The notes under the pieces were generated by a model. The model worked only from the letters and a program-made list of their open reading frames with translations, made no database searches and was not told the DNA's origin. A stretch of 64,000 nucleotides of DNA from Hypanus sabinus. Its lineage: Eukaryota. Of this stretch, positions 26,860-38,600 are shown piece after piece. Made by a program: the position numbers and the translations under genes. Position 1 is the stretch's first letter. Each line of letters begins with the position of its first letter. The DNA lies in assembly GCF_030144855.1 (NCBI RefSeq), contig NC_082731.1, positions 28,830,001 through 28,894,000 on the forward strand, written 5' to 3'.

Positions 26860-29800
26860 TGTAACCTCCTGGGTCGCCTCAGGCTCGCTCAGCTCGTTTC
26901 CGTCTAGGGGGAGCAGCCTTCGGCCCCGCCAAACTGGGTAATCAGCTGGTGTGGATGCTGTGTGATATCCCCGCCTCACCCAAAAACAGACAGTACACCA
27001 TATGTGATTAAATGAGTACAATTTATAAAGGTTACTATAACTAAGTGATTAATAACGATACAGTATATATGAAGAAAAAAAATAAAGAAAAGTCTCCAAA
27101 CTTATCAAAGTCCAAACCACTTCATGCACAACCGTTGGAGCTCAATTACTGAAGTCTTCTGGCCACCATTCGATCCCCTCCGAACTCCTCGACTCGCAGC
27201 TTAGGACCACCCAAAGTGGTCAACAAGCACATCTCTCTTTGTCTCCTGTTCTTGGGGTACCTCCTGGTCTTGGACCCCCGCTTGAGGTCTGTTCCTCACC
27301 CAGTTTACAGCATTGTGTCCTCTTTCTCTCACCCCCTTGCTCCGATCTCCCCAAAAGCCTGCCAACAATAGCTTACAGACTCAGAAGAAGGAACAACATT
27401 AATCCCAATTGGTTTACAAAGGAATACAATTCTCGTTATCAGTAAATTTTAACCCAAACAAGCTTCCAGCGCTCTCTTTCAACAAAGAAGCATTCCTACT
27501 TTTAACAAAACAAAGAAGCCATTTTGATTGCATACACAGTAACAAAGAAAAAAGAAGAAACCCCCTTTACACTCTCTCCCCACGAAATAAAAGTCATGTC
27601 CTCATGACTATGAAATAACTCACCACCTTTCCTGCCAACACACCATAACCCAAGCACAAGCAGTGACATCTCCTCCCCACACAGTAAACCTCACGCCCTG
27701 TTCCTCAGGCGCTACATAGGCCAACTGTCTGGGAATTCCCTAATCCTCAGACCTCCATACCCCCTCACCTAAACCCTTCAGGCTAGGACACAACTGGGGA
27801 TACCTTGGGCCCACTACCAACTCCTCTCTCAACCTCTCACTCATGCCCCCCACTGCACAGAGCTAACCCTCCCCGCTACACCTGATTCAGTGGGAGAAGG
27901 GCCAAAGGTCTCTTCCTTAATCGAGGGAAAGTCAGCAAAAGACAGTTTGTACCACACATCCAGCACATTATCCATTGAATCTGTATTCTTCCTCATTTCT
28001 GGGATCGGTAGCTGCTGTTTGATCTTCTCCAAACGGAAACACATGGCCTGCACTGCTCCTGCAGTCTCTTCAGCCTCCTGCAATTGAGATATCAGCTTCT
28101 TCTCTGGCCCCTGCAACTCTCGCCACAGGCTCAGCAGTTCTGAATCACGCATCCCGGCCATCTCAATCTGGGACGCAGTTACTCCAACAGCTTCTTCCAC
28201 CCCGACCGGAAAAGCAGCAGTTAAAGATTGGTCAGCCTCCAGTTCAGTATTCACTGCACTTCTCTCCAGTTTTTTCTTCCTCATGACTTCTTCCAGATCA
28301 GCTTTCAGGTTTTGCACTTCATTTGAACTGTCGATGGTCATCTTCAGGTTCCCTTCAAGCTTCCGCTTCCCTCTTCTGAGATTTGTCTGTAATTTCTTCA
28401 CCTCCGCAAACTCCCCACTCCAGGTTCTCAGTTTGCTGTTGCCCTCAGTCAGACAACTTTCTTCATTCTCTCCAACTTGTAAGTCTTCCAAATGGTTCCA
28501 GATCACTTTCTCCAGTCCCTCCATCTTCATTTCAAACTTGATTCCGTAGAGACAGTCACTGACAAGCTGCGTCATGTGTCCAGCCCTGGCAAGTGTCCAG
28601 AAAACACTTTAACTTGGTAGTTCTCAGCCGCTCCTGCAACGACCTCACTTCATATTCTCCTGAGGCAAATCCAAATACCAAGAGATCATCCACATATGCC
28701 AAAACTCCAAACACCTCCACATCCCCCATGGTCTTCCACATGCCCCGCGGGAAGGTTGCAAGGGCTCCGGATATGCCCTGTGGCATCTTTTCGGACCAGA
28801 AGACTCCTAGGGAACTTATAACGGCCATCTTCTCCTTGTTGGCCCCACTCATCGGGATCTGGCAACATCCACTCCTCAGATCCAGCACCTTAAACCACTT
28901 TGCACCACTCAGTCAGGCCATCGCCTCTTCGGCCCTCAGGGCCATATTATGGTCACTGACAGTGCGCCACTTCAGCGCAATAAAATCCAGACACACGCTG
29001 CCTACGTCTTCCATGGCTTCAGGGGCCAGTTGCCGCAACCTCTCTCTCTCCGAGGTGTCTTCAGCGGTCAACTCCCATCCCTCGTGGTATTTTGCAGCGT
29101 CCATTAAGAGGGTCTCACCCTCAGATACTTCCCCCAGGCCATACCACCACCAGCTCTTGTTTGAATTCGGTATTAGCCCAATGCTGCTGCACACGTCCGC
29201 ACAAGCTGCTCGAAACTCTGGGTGCATCGACAATGCCTCCAAACAGCTCTCACCCGCCTGCTTTGGGCAGACCCCCAAGTGCACCAGCAGGATATTGGTT
29301 CTCTCTAGAACAGAAACGCTGCCCATCTCAACAGTGTCCGGACACATCAGCATTAATGATTCACGAACCTCAGTCACCTCCACATTTGCCTCTAAGAACT
29401 CCATTTTCACTGACCAACAACCGTCATCTGGATAATCACTGGCACTGGTACCCCAAATCTCCAGTGCCCTCAATGTCGTCAAGGGTAAATGCTTCCAATA
29501 ACGGTTATAAAACAAACTGTACAGCAACTTAACCAGAGCTGAGGATGGCTTTAACTTGACTTCCATCCATCCGTAACAACACCTGTGTGCGTGGTCCCTC
29601 TAAGCCTTCAGGAATAGGGTCTGCTGCTTTCGGGAGTTCCTTGGTACATTGCTGGGAACGTGCTCCCCCAGAGACCCCAAACCGTTCCCCCACTGGGCCT
29701 CCTCTAAGTTTCCCGACACCTCTCGAATCAACGGAACAACTGATCCCCTTGACAGATCCCCTTGGCACCACAAGCAATTTATCTGCCCCCCTAGGCAAAA

Positions 29801-30537
29801 GGGATACCCTAAAAACTTTTCACCAATCTCCTGCCACAGATATGATAAGCCCCCAGCTGCGGCATTTGACTTCCAGTCGAACCGCACGCATTTTCCCACA
29901 CTTTCCCAGAACTGGCAGCTGTCACTTCGAGGTAATTGCGGCCGACAGTTCTAACAACGTCACCAGCCCGCCTACTCAAACTTTCAACCAGTTCCTGTCG
30001 CTTTTCCTCAGCCAAGCACTGCCACTCACCCAACAACTGAGAGGACCGCTCCGCCCACGGAAAAATAAAGAAAAGGCGCCAAACTTATCAAAGTCCAAAC
30101 TACTTCATGCACAACCGTTGGAGATCATTTACTGAACTCTTCTGGCCACCATTCCATCCCCTCCAAACTCCTCGACTCGCAGCTTAGGACCATCCGAAGT
30201 GGTCAACCAAGCACATCTAGCTTCATCTCCTCTCCTCGGGGTACCTCCTGGCCTCGGACCCCTGCTTGGGGTCCGTTCCTCGCCCAGTTTACAGCATCGC
30301 ATCCTCTTTCTCTCACCCCCTCGCACCGATCTCCCCAAAAGCCCGCCAACAATAGCTTACAGACTCAGAAGAAAGAACAACATTAATCCCAATTGGTTTA
30401 CAAAGGAATACAATTTTAACCCAAATGAGCTTCCAGCCCTCTCTCGCAATAAAGAAGCATTCCTGCTTTTAACAAAACAAAGAAGCCATTTTGATTACAA
30501 ACACGGTAACAAAGAAAAAAGAAGAAACCCCCTTTTA
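26860..30537 (-). mobile_element. Non-autonomous Gypsy LTR retrotransposon carrying a myosin rod fragment; 4-bp TSD CTTC
   Basis: LTR copies at 26860-27571 (TG...CA) and 30061-30537 (truncated). PPT GGGGAGAGAG abuts the 3' LTR. PNMA-like gag, protease-like (VKAILSSG) and RT (DFIALK.RT, MPQG, YVDD) remnants. CTTC at 26856-26859 and 30538-30541; removing the element restores a contiguous CR1 sequence. Confidence 0.88.
27841..28575 (-). CDS. 244-aa ORF: intronless myosin heavy-chain coiled-coil rod mosaic (MYH16-like by recalled similarity) fused to the retroelement tail
   Basis: [36 protein letters not shown] and KKL..QLQEAEE...[12 protein letters not shown] match conserved sarcomeric myosin rod segments ([56 protein letters not shown]) in collinear order. 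Confidence 0.75.
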   Translation of the reverse strand: MTQLVSDCLYGIKFEMKMEGLEKVIWNHLEDLQVGENEESCLTEGNSKLRTWSGEFAEVKKLQTNLRRGKRKLEGNLKMTIDSSNEVQNLKADLEEVMRKKKLERSAVNTELEADQSLTAAFPVGVEEAVGVTASQIEMAGMRDSELLSLWRELQGPEKKLISQLQEAEETAGAVQAMCFRLEKIKQQLPIPEMRKNTDSMDNVLDVWYKLSFADFPSIKEETFGPSPTESGVAGRVSSVQWGA

Positions 30538-30820
30538 CTTCTGAACAGCACTAGCAAACCTGTCTGTAAATCTGTTTGTCCCCCATGGATTCAGGTGTAA
30601 TCTGTCCCTTTTGTACACCTCATAACTTCTGCTTATCAAGGCCCAGAGGCTCGGAGTGAAGAGGAAAGGTGTAAAGTCCGAGCGGTTGTGAAAGGCCTCA
30701 GACTGCATTGTCTGTTGATTGTGCTGTCGTTGGGGTTGCAGTGTCAGAGAATGCAATGTGGTGAGATAAGGAAGGTGAAAGTTTGGGTTTCGGGGATGCC
30801 TCCATTAGTCAATTAGTTAC

Positions 30821-30963
30821 CTTGACAACGGTGACGAAGGTGCTGTAGAGGAAACTGATGATGAACAGAATGGCAAAGGCACCATCTGTAAGCACATTGT
30901 CATTTCCATCCACGTGTCCCTGTTCTTCCTTCCCCTCCTCTCCTGGCAAGTCGGTGCAGGCTT
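30821..30963 (-). CDS. IgW: IgW TM1 exon (extracellular spacer plus transmembrane helix)
   Basis: Acceptor tttctcaattctttcAG, phase 1, donor AAG|gtaact. Encodes ACTDLPGEEGKEEQGHVDGNDNVLTDGAFAILFIISFLYSTFVTVVK, which contains the conserved antigen-receptor TM (CART) pattern F..LF..S..YST.VT. Confidence 0.9.
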
Positions 30964-31789
30964 CTGAAAGAATTGAGAAAGTGAGAGAGTTAGTTTCTTG
31001 TCAATGTTTCATGAAAATCAACATGACAACAAACTTGAGTAAACTTGAGGACTTGGTTGCTGCCTATTCATTTCATCGATTATTATCTCTGTAGTTAAAG
31101 CCTTCCAGACTACTGACAGATCTGCCAGCCATGTGTGAGTGGCAAAGTTGGTCATGTGTGTTTCTGCCCAATATCTAAACCATGAATAAATCTAGTGAAT
31201 AATGTCAGCACTCAACACATTGCTGCAGGTCCCAGGGCATCACTGGCTACATATTGTCCCTTCTTTCTCTAACTGCACTTTCTGAATGATTTCACCAAAT
31301 GTTTTCATAAAGTTGATAAAATTCCTTTCCCCGTCAATTAACATTGTATATTTGAAACTGTGGACCAATCTGGAATGTTCTATCATTTGCACAGTGGAAA
31401 CTATAATACACATACACATACATCTACTGGAATGTCTAACTGCTTATACAATGGAGGACAGAACCAACCAGGCAACACTTCCCACCCCTCATGTTTAAGT
31501 CACACATTGTATCCCAAAATGTACCGGCACGGAACACTGGTCGCTGAATGCTTTCCGCACCTTCTTTACTGAACTTTGATTACACAAACACAGGCTAACC
31601 TTTAGCCTCTCAAGTAGTCTTCACAAGTTTCCAACAAGATCAGACCTGACACAAGGAAGTGTTAACAAGAACGGCAGGATCTCAGAAATGTTAGTAACTT
31701 ATTTTGATGTATTTAATCATGAAATTAGTCTGAGTACAGAGAGGAAATTAAGAACCTGGTGGCATGGTGAGAAGACAATAACCTATCCC

Positions 31790-32560
31790 TCAATGTCAGC
31801 AAGACAAAGGAATTGGTTGTTGACTTCAGAAGGAGTAGCGGATCACACAACCCAAGCTACATCGGAGTTGCAGGTGGAACAGGTCAAAGGCTTTAAGTTC
31901 CTCGGGGTGAATATCACAAATGACCTGATTTGGTCTGACCAAGCAGAGTCCACTGCCAAGAAAGCCCACCAGTGTCTTTACTTCCTGAGAAAGCTGAAGA
32001 AATTTGGCCTGACCCCTAAAACCCTCACTAATTTTTATAGGTGCACCGTAGAAAGCATTCTTCGAGGGTGCATCACAACCTGGTATGGAAATTGTCCTGT
32101 CCAAGACCGGAAGAGGCTACAGAAGATAGTGAACATAGCCCAGCACATCACACAAACCGATCTTCCATCCTTGGACTGACTTTACACCACACGCTGTCGG
32201 AGCAGTGCTGCCAGGATAATCAAGGACAAGACCCACCCAGCCAACACACATTTTGTTCCACTTCCCTCTGGGAGAAGATACAGGAGCATGAAGATTCGTA
32301 CGGCCAGATTTGGGAACAGCTTCTTTCCAACTGTGATAAGACTGCTGAACAGATCCTGACTGGGATCTGGGCCGTACCTTCCAAATATCTGGACCTGACT
32401 TGCAATACCTTATTTTCCCTTTTCTATTTTCTAATTATGATTTATAATTTAAATTTTTATTATATTTGTTTCAATCTGTACTTCAGGGAGCACGAAGCGC
32501 AGAAACAAATATCACTGTGATGATTTACGCTCTAGTATCAATTGTTTGGTGACAATAAAG
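31790..32560 (+). mobile_element. Rex1/Babar-type LINE 3' fragment
   Basis: FKFLGVNIT.DL.W, LYFLRKLKKFG and ESIL.GCITTWYGN motifs. Confidence 0.8.
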
Positions 32561-33539
32561 TGAAGTAAAGTAATATATATTTGCACTTAGAGCTAATGAG
32601 AAAGGACTTGCAGGTAGCCTTGCTTGTTTCAGTGATGTGAACCACACTGTTGTAGGATCAACCATCAATTGAAGGTTGACAATTGGAGCTGTTGACCACT
32701 CTGTCCATGGGAATCTCTTTTGCAGAGAACCCAGTGACCCAACTTCTTTCCATCTAATCTGGTAGGGAAGGGTAACTTTAGAGGGTTCCTATTGGGAATG
32801 GACTATTTTTTATATGATGCTTATTGGGAATATTCTGTTCTTACACCATCCAGGCCAGTGTTTACACCACTAGAGATCTCTCTGCATCTAAAATATGAAG
32901 GGTTTTTACATTTGGAAAAGAAAGGGAAATTGTGGAAAGTATTCAGCAGGTTAGAGAACATTTATGGACAGGGAAAGGGATAACATTGAGACAGCATCAC
33001 AGGTGTACTGTGTACCATTGCTTCAGCACTAGTTCTGTGCCTGGCTGAGTACTGTGCATCTCTCTGGTTTACTGGAACTCAACAACTGTCTGGGTTCAGT
33101 TACGTTCCACAATGCCTGCTCCAGTGAAACTCAGGTCATCCAGTTCTGCTGACAGATAGACTTGCTTCATGTCTCTGAGACGCTGGTGTGCAAACATTGA
33201 TCCTGCAGTCATTATTTCATCATTCCCTCACTGGCAAGGCCAGCATTCCTTGCTCTGCTCCAGTCGGCCGATCACAGAGCAGTGAAGAGTTTGGTGTGGG
33301 ACTGATGGATATGGGTAAACAGGGTAGGAAGGCCAGTGTCCTTCACCAAAGAACGTCAGAGAAATATTTTGTAATCTCAAACTAGAATCCGGCACAGTCA
33401 GCTCTGGTTGTGTGTTCACGCCATTGTCCTGAGGCTTAGGAACAGACTGTAGGTCAGTGATCCTGGTATTAGTACTGAGGGAGTGCTGCACTCTCATACA
33501 TCTGTCTGAGATGTGAGAGGGGCCCAGACGGGCACTTAC

Positions 33540-33587
33540 TGATGGACAGACAGACCTTGTGTTGGTAGTTTGGAAGAGAGTCAAGTT
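33540..33587 (-). CDS. IgW: Candidate 48-nt IgW mini-exon after CH4' (ELDSLPNYQHKVCLSI), or secretory tail if read through to the stop at 33469
   Basis: Acceptor catccaatgcttccAG, perfect donor |gtaagt, phase 1-1. Read-through gives ELDSLPNYQHKVCLSISKCPSG...QY*. Local similarity to the exon at 58546. Confidence 0.55.
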
Positions 33588-33758
33588 CTGGAAGCATTGG
33601 ATGAAATCTGATTCTTTCCCACTCTCTGACTCTGCATTATTAATCCACTCACACAACTACAACAATGCCACACTTGCCATTACCTATTGACCTTGCTTGG
33701 CCCTGGGTTGTGGCTGTGGCAGAGGATGTCAACAGTGGAGTGAATCTCAGAATCATAC

Positions 33759-34076
33759 CTTGAATGTTTTTCACATCCTGCCTGACGCTGGTGTTGGAGG
33801 GGGGGTGAGACACTGTGCATCTGAAAACTGAGCCTTCCTTCCACTCCTCTGTGCTCATGGTCAGGACGTAGCTGGCAATGAAAGTCCCTCCCTGTTCCAG
33901 AGCAGTTGGTCTCACACTGATGTTGGAAGAGATCAGAGAGTCCCCTTTCTCCCAGGTGATAGTTATTTTGTTTGGGTAGAACCCAGAAGCAATACACTCA
34001 AGAGTGATCGTGTTCCCACTCTTGGTCTCTCCCTCTGGCGGGGGCAGCAGTCTGACTTTGGGACCTTTTGTCTCCA
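33759..34076 (-). CDS. IgW: IgW duplicated CH4' exon (C1-set domain)
   Basis: 318 nt, AG/GT flanks, phase 1; TLEC..SGFYP...WEK...F.CTV.HPPS; ~58% aa identity to CH4 (manual count 61/106). Confidence 0.92.
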
Positions 34077-34164
34077 CTGGAACTGATGGACAAACAATGG
34101 AAATGTCAAACATTTTTACTGAGGTAACAACGTTGTCCATTTTAATCGCTGACCTCTTGCCCAC

Positions 34165-34467
34165 CTTTGGTACTTTTTGTCCGTGCTGATACTGGTGAGG
34201 TTGAAGAAGGTTGTTGGACAGAGCAAGTGTACTCCACCCCACTGGCCCACTCCTCCACACTGGTCTGGAGTTGGCTGATCACTGTGTCTCGGGTTCCTTC
34301 CTCTCTCGGTTTTTTGGTCACATTTGCTTTGATTTTCTCCCCCTCGTTCACCTGCCAGTGGATTTGGACCTGGCTCAGATCAGCACCCACAATCATACAC
34401 ACCAGAGTAGCAGTCTGGTTGATCCACATCTCTTCAATGGAGGGATTTTGGATAAAGACAGACAACT
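34165..34467 (-). CDS. IgW: IgW duplicated CH3' exon (C1-set domain)
   Basis: 303 nt, AG/GT flanks, phase 1; LSVFIQNPSIEEMWINQTATLVC...W...EYTCS; ~55% aa identity to CH3 (manual count 56/101). Confidence 0.92.
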
Positions 34468-35339
34468 CTGTAGATGAGAAATAGAAAATTTACAAACTGG
34501 ACAATATCTGCTGTCAGCTGGCTTGACAACTTCAGCTCAGACTTATCCTGAAGCTCAATTTGTAGAGAATTGTACATTGGAATTTAATCAGGTTTGCTTG
34601 CAGAGTGGGTTGCTCATCTCTGCTTACAACCTTTGACTGAGAAAACAAAACCAAACAACAAGGAGCTTATTTCCTCAGGACCCAGTTGGGTCACAGCAGA
34701 GACTGCAGGACAGTTGGCCAGCCACGTGACATTTAGCTGCTGGAATGCCAATAAAATGTGCTATTGGAGCTGTGAATTGCAATGAGAGATGCAGTTTCTG
34801 ATCAAAGACAACACTTCCCTGCAATTTTCTTGTCTCAGTGCATGTGAGAATCTGTAGATACATTTGTGACATTGATCTGATTCAATGAGCTGCTTCATAT
34901 CTGTTCGGACTGAGCCTGGGATTCCTGAAAATTCTGATGCTGACTTTCAAATCTCCCATGAAAAATCTCTCCTTTCATCTCTGAAACTTGCCTGCCTCAG
35001 TCAATGATCTCACTTTGTTCCAGTTGTCCTGTTCACTTCATCTGTTTCCATCTCTACACTTTAAACCTCCCTGCCATTCTATTTACTATGGAGTCTGCTT
35101 TTCATTTGCTGGGCACTCATAGACATGGCTTTGTGTCCCATCATCCACATCATTAGTAATATCAGTGAATCGTTGCAGGGCCAGCAAAGATCATTGCAGG
35201 ACACAGCTCAGGATTAAATCCTGCTGGGTTCAGTCCCCTGTCACATGACACAGTGATAATGGAGTTGTCGATGAATAATTGCAAACAATTTCAGTCCATT
35301 AGTCTGCAGCAGATCCAGGCATGGTGTGGGGGCAGCCAG

Positions 35340-38300
35340 CTCAGGCCAACATCGGGCAGTCACTGGAAGAGCTGAGCACCGTGATCACTAAACATGAATT
35401 AGCACACCGGGATTTGAACCAGGACATTTTGAGGAAGTCTCTGAACAGCGACCACTAACATATCTCCTGTGGAAACAGTGGAGCCAACACTTTACCACTG
35501 TTATACCACCATCAACAATGGTTAGCGTGCCAGCCTATGGCCACACTTTGATAAGGTCGATCACCTGGCTGTTCTTCAACTCCCGGCATATAGGCAGAGA
35601 CTAAAGAGCACAGTTCTGGTAGTGAAGACCAAGAAGATATGGTCAAGGAAGGCAGAACTGCACCTTCAGGACATTGAGTTGGTGAACTGGATAATATTCA
35701 GAGACTCATCTTCAAATCGGAATGAATATGCCACAGTTGTCACCAACTTCATCAAGACCTGTGTGGATGAGTGTGTGCCTTCAAGAGCATACTGGACATA
35801 CCCAAAGCAAAAGTTGTGGATGGACCAGGAGAGTTGTAGTCTGCTGAGGTCTCGATCTATGGCTGTCTAGCCTGGTGATCCTGCATTAGACAAGAAGCCC
35901 AAGTACGACCTGCGGAAGAGTGAATAAACTCATCTTGGTCAAGATGATGCCAGAGTGCAATACTCCCTCGGTCAACCTCTTCCAGATAGCTCATGAGAAT
36001 ATAATTTTTTGGTCTTTTACATCTGTCTTTCACCTTAAATATGTTTCTGGGACTGTTAGAGTTAGAGACTGTGATTTTGATTGGACATTGCTTCAGTGAT
36101 CCAGCACTCTGCTGTCTTCGTGAGGAATCCGAGCATGTACTCAGACGGCTTCGATGTAATGGAACTTCAAGACGATGATTGACTCCATTTCAGCATTTAA
36201 ACCGTCCATTAAGTGAGCAAGAGTTTCAGTGCCGATTGCCTGTCTTCTGATCGGTGCTAGAGATGGATTCTGTGAGCTGCCCGTTGCTGTGTGGCTCGCT
36301 GTGACAGGCGGGTCAGCCTCTCTGCCTCGTGTGGTGTCCCTCTCTGCTCTTACAATGAATGTCGGTGATATCAGAGAAGGTGTTGTGGCTCTGTGTTTAT
36401 GGACTGGACTGTTGTGTTTATGGACTGTGAACATTTTCAGACTTATCATTTTATATTCTGTGTTTTTCTACAGCCCATTAGGGTTATTAGGGTTATAGGG
36501 TGTTGGGGGTCAGTGTTCTGTTAGTTTTTTGTGTGGGGGAGGGTTTGTTTTTGGGGTTTGATGTTCCTGTTCCATTCTGTGAAGGGAAACAAGGAGATTG
36601 GGGAGGAGAGGTTAATGGTCAGGATGCCGTTTTTGTTGGTGGATGGAGTGGGTTTGATGTTTCCCTCTGAATGACCTTCATATTCTTTCTTGTTTTCGTG
36701 GCTATCTAGAGAACACAAATTTCAAGTTTTATGTGGACACAGGCTTTGATAATAAATGAAGCTTTGAACAATTCCAATTGATCTTAGAGAAGGAATCAGA
36801 TGCCCTTCTGCTCTGGCAGACTTTTCAGGCCATTACTTCCTACAAGGTGAAAGTCAACAACATGAATGGCAGTGACGCTTCATTCCCAGATGAGCTCAAT
36901 GCCATTTAAGCACACTTTGAAAGAGAGAATAAAACGACATGTGTGCAAATCCCAGCAGCGTCTGGAGAGCCTGTCATCTCTGTCTTGGACACCAGCATCA
37001 AAACAGCTTTCAAGAGGGTGAACCCTCACAAGGCATCAGGCCCTGATGGTGTACCTGGTAGGGAATTGAAATCCTGTGCCAACTAACTGCTGGCAGAGTT
37101 CAGGGACATCTTGGATATCTCACTGCCGCATTCAGAGGTTCCACCTGTTTCAAAAGATAGAGAATCATACCAGTGCCCAAGAAGAGCAGGGTGAGCTGTC
37201 TCAATGACTGTTGTCCAGTTGCACTCACATGTACTGTGATAAAATGCTTTGACAGGTTGGTTATAGCCAGATTCAACTCCTGCCTAAGCAAGGACCTGGA
37301 CCCACTGCAATTTGCCTATTGTTACAATTGGTCTATAGCAGATGGAATCTCACTTGCTCTCCACTCAGCCTTGGATCACCTGGACAATAACAATACCTGC
37401 TGTATATCAGAATGATGTTTACTTATTACAGCTCAGCATTCAACACAATCATACCCTCAGTCCTAATCTACAAGCTCCAAAACCTGGGCCTCTAGCCCTC
37501 CCTCCACAACTGGATCCTTGACATCCTCACTGGGAGACCACAGTCAGTGTGGATCTGAAAGAGCATCTCCTCCTCACTGACAATCAACACTGGGGCACCT
37601 CAAGGATGTGTGCTTAATCCACTGATCTACTCTCTCTGCACCCACGACTGTGTAGCTAGGTACAGCTCAAGTGGCATTTATAAATTTGCTGATGAACTAT
37701 TGTGGGCAGAATTTCAGGGTGTTGAGGAGACATACAAGAGCAGGGTTGATCAGCTGGGTAAACGGTATCTCAATAACATCCTTGCATTCAACGTCAGTAA
37801 GCCGAAGCAATTGATTGCAGACTTCAGGAAGGGGAGGTTGTGAAAACACACATCAGTTTTCATTGAGGGATCTGCAGTGGAAAGGATGAGCAGTTTCAAG
37901 TTCCTGGGTGTCAATATTTCTGAACATCTATCCTGGGTCCAACACACTGATGCAATAACAAGGAAGGCATGACAGTGGCTATATTTTAATTGTAATTTGA
38001 GTAGTCTGGGTATGTTGCTAAAGACTATCGCAGATTTCTACAGATATACCATGGAGAGTATTCTAATTGCATTACCACCAGAAAAAGCTGCAGGAAGTTG
38101 TAAACTCAGCCAGCTCCATCATGGACACTAACTTCCCCAGTATCAATGACACCTTCAACAGGCGATGGCTCAAGAAGGCACCATTCATCATTAAGGTCTC
38201 CCACCACCAAGGACCTGCCCTGTTCTCATTGCCACTTTCAAGGAGGAGGTACAAGAGCCTGAAGACACACTCAACATTTGAGGAACAGCTTCTTCCCCTC

Positions 38301-38400
38301 CTAAATAGACAATGAATCCATGAACATTAACCACTATTTTTGCTTCTTGTTTTGCACTACTTACTTAATTTACTTTTTATATTTATTTCATATAGGAATT
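35340..38400 (+). mobile_element. Degenerate Rex1/Babar-type LINE with internal insertions
   Basis: [44 protein letters not shown] and GAPQGCVLNPL motifs. Confidence 0.75.
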
Positions 38401-38600
38401 TATTGCTTTTTATTATTCTCTAACCCAACAATAAAGCTGCTGTGTTTGGCTCAAGTGAGAAATACAAAACACTCTACATTGAATCAGAACTGGTGTCACG
38501 GTTCCAGTTGCTTGAGCACAAACGTATATAAGGAGTACAAGAATACAAGAGCAAGGACGTGATGCTGAAGCTTTATAAAGCACTAGTGAGGCCTCACCTT

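Noticed and set aside
28593-29532. Long plus-strand ORFs (280 aa, 146 aa) and many other short ORFs in the track
   Set aside because: Antisense shadows of Gypsy, LINE or Ig coding sequence with no independent motifs.
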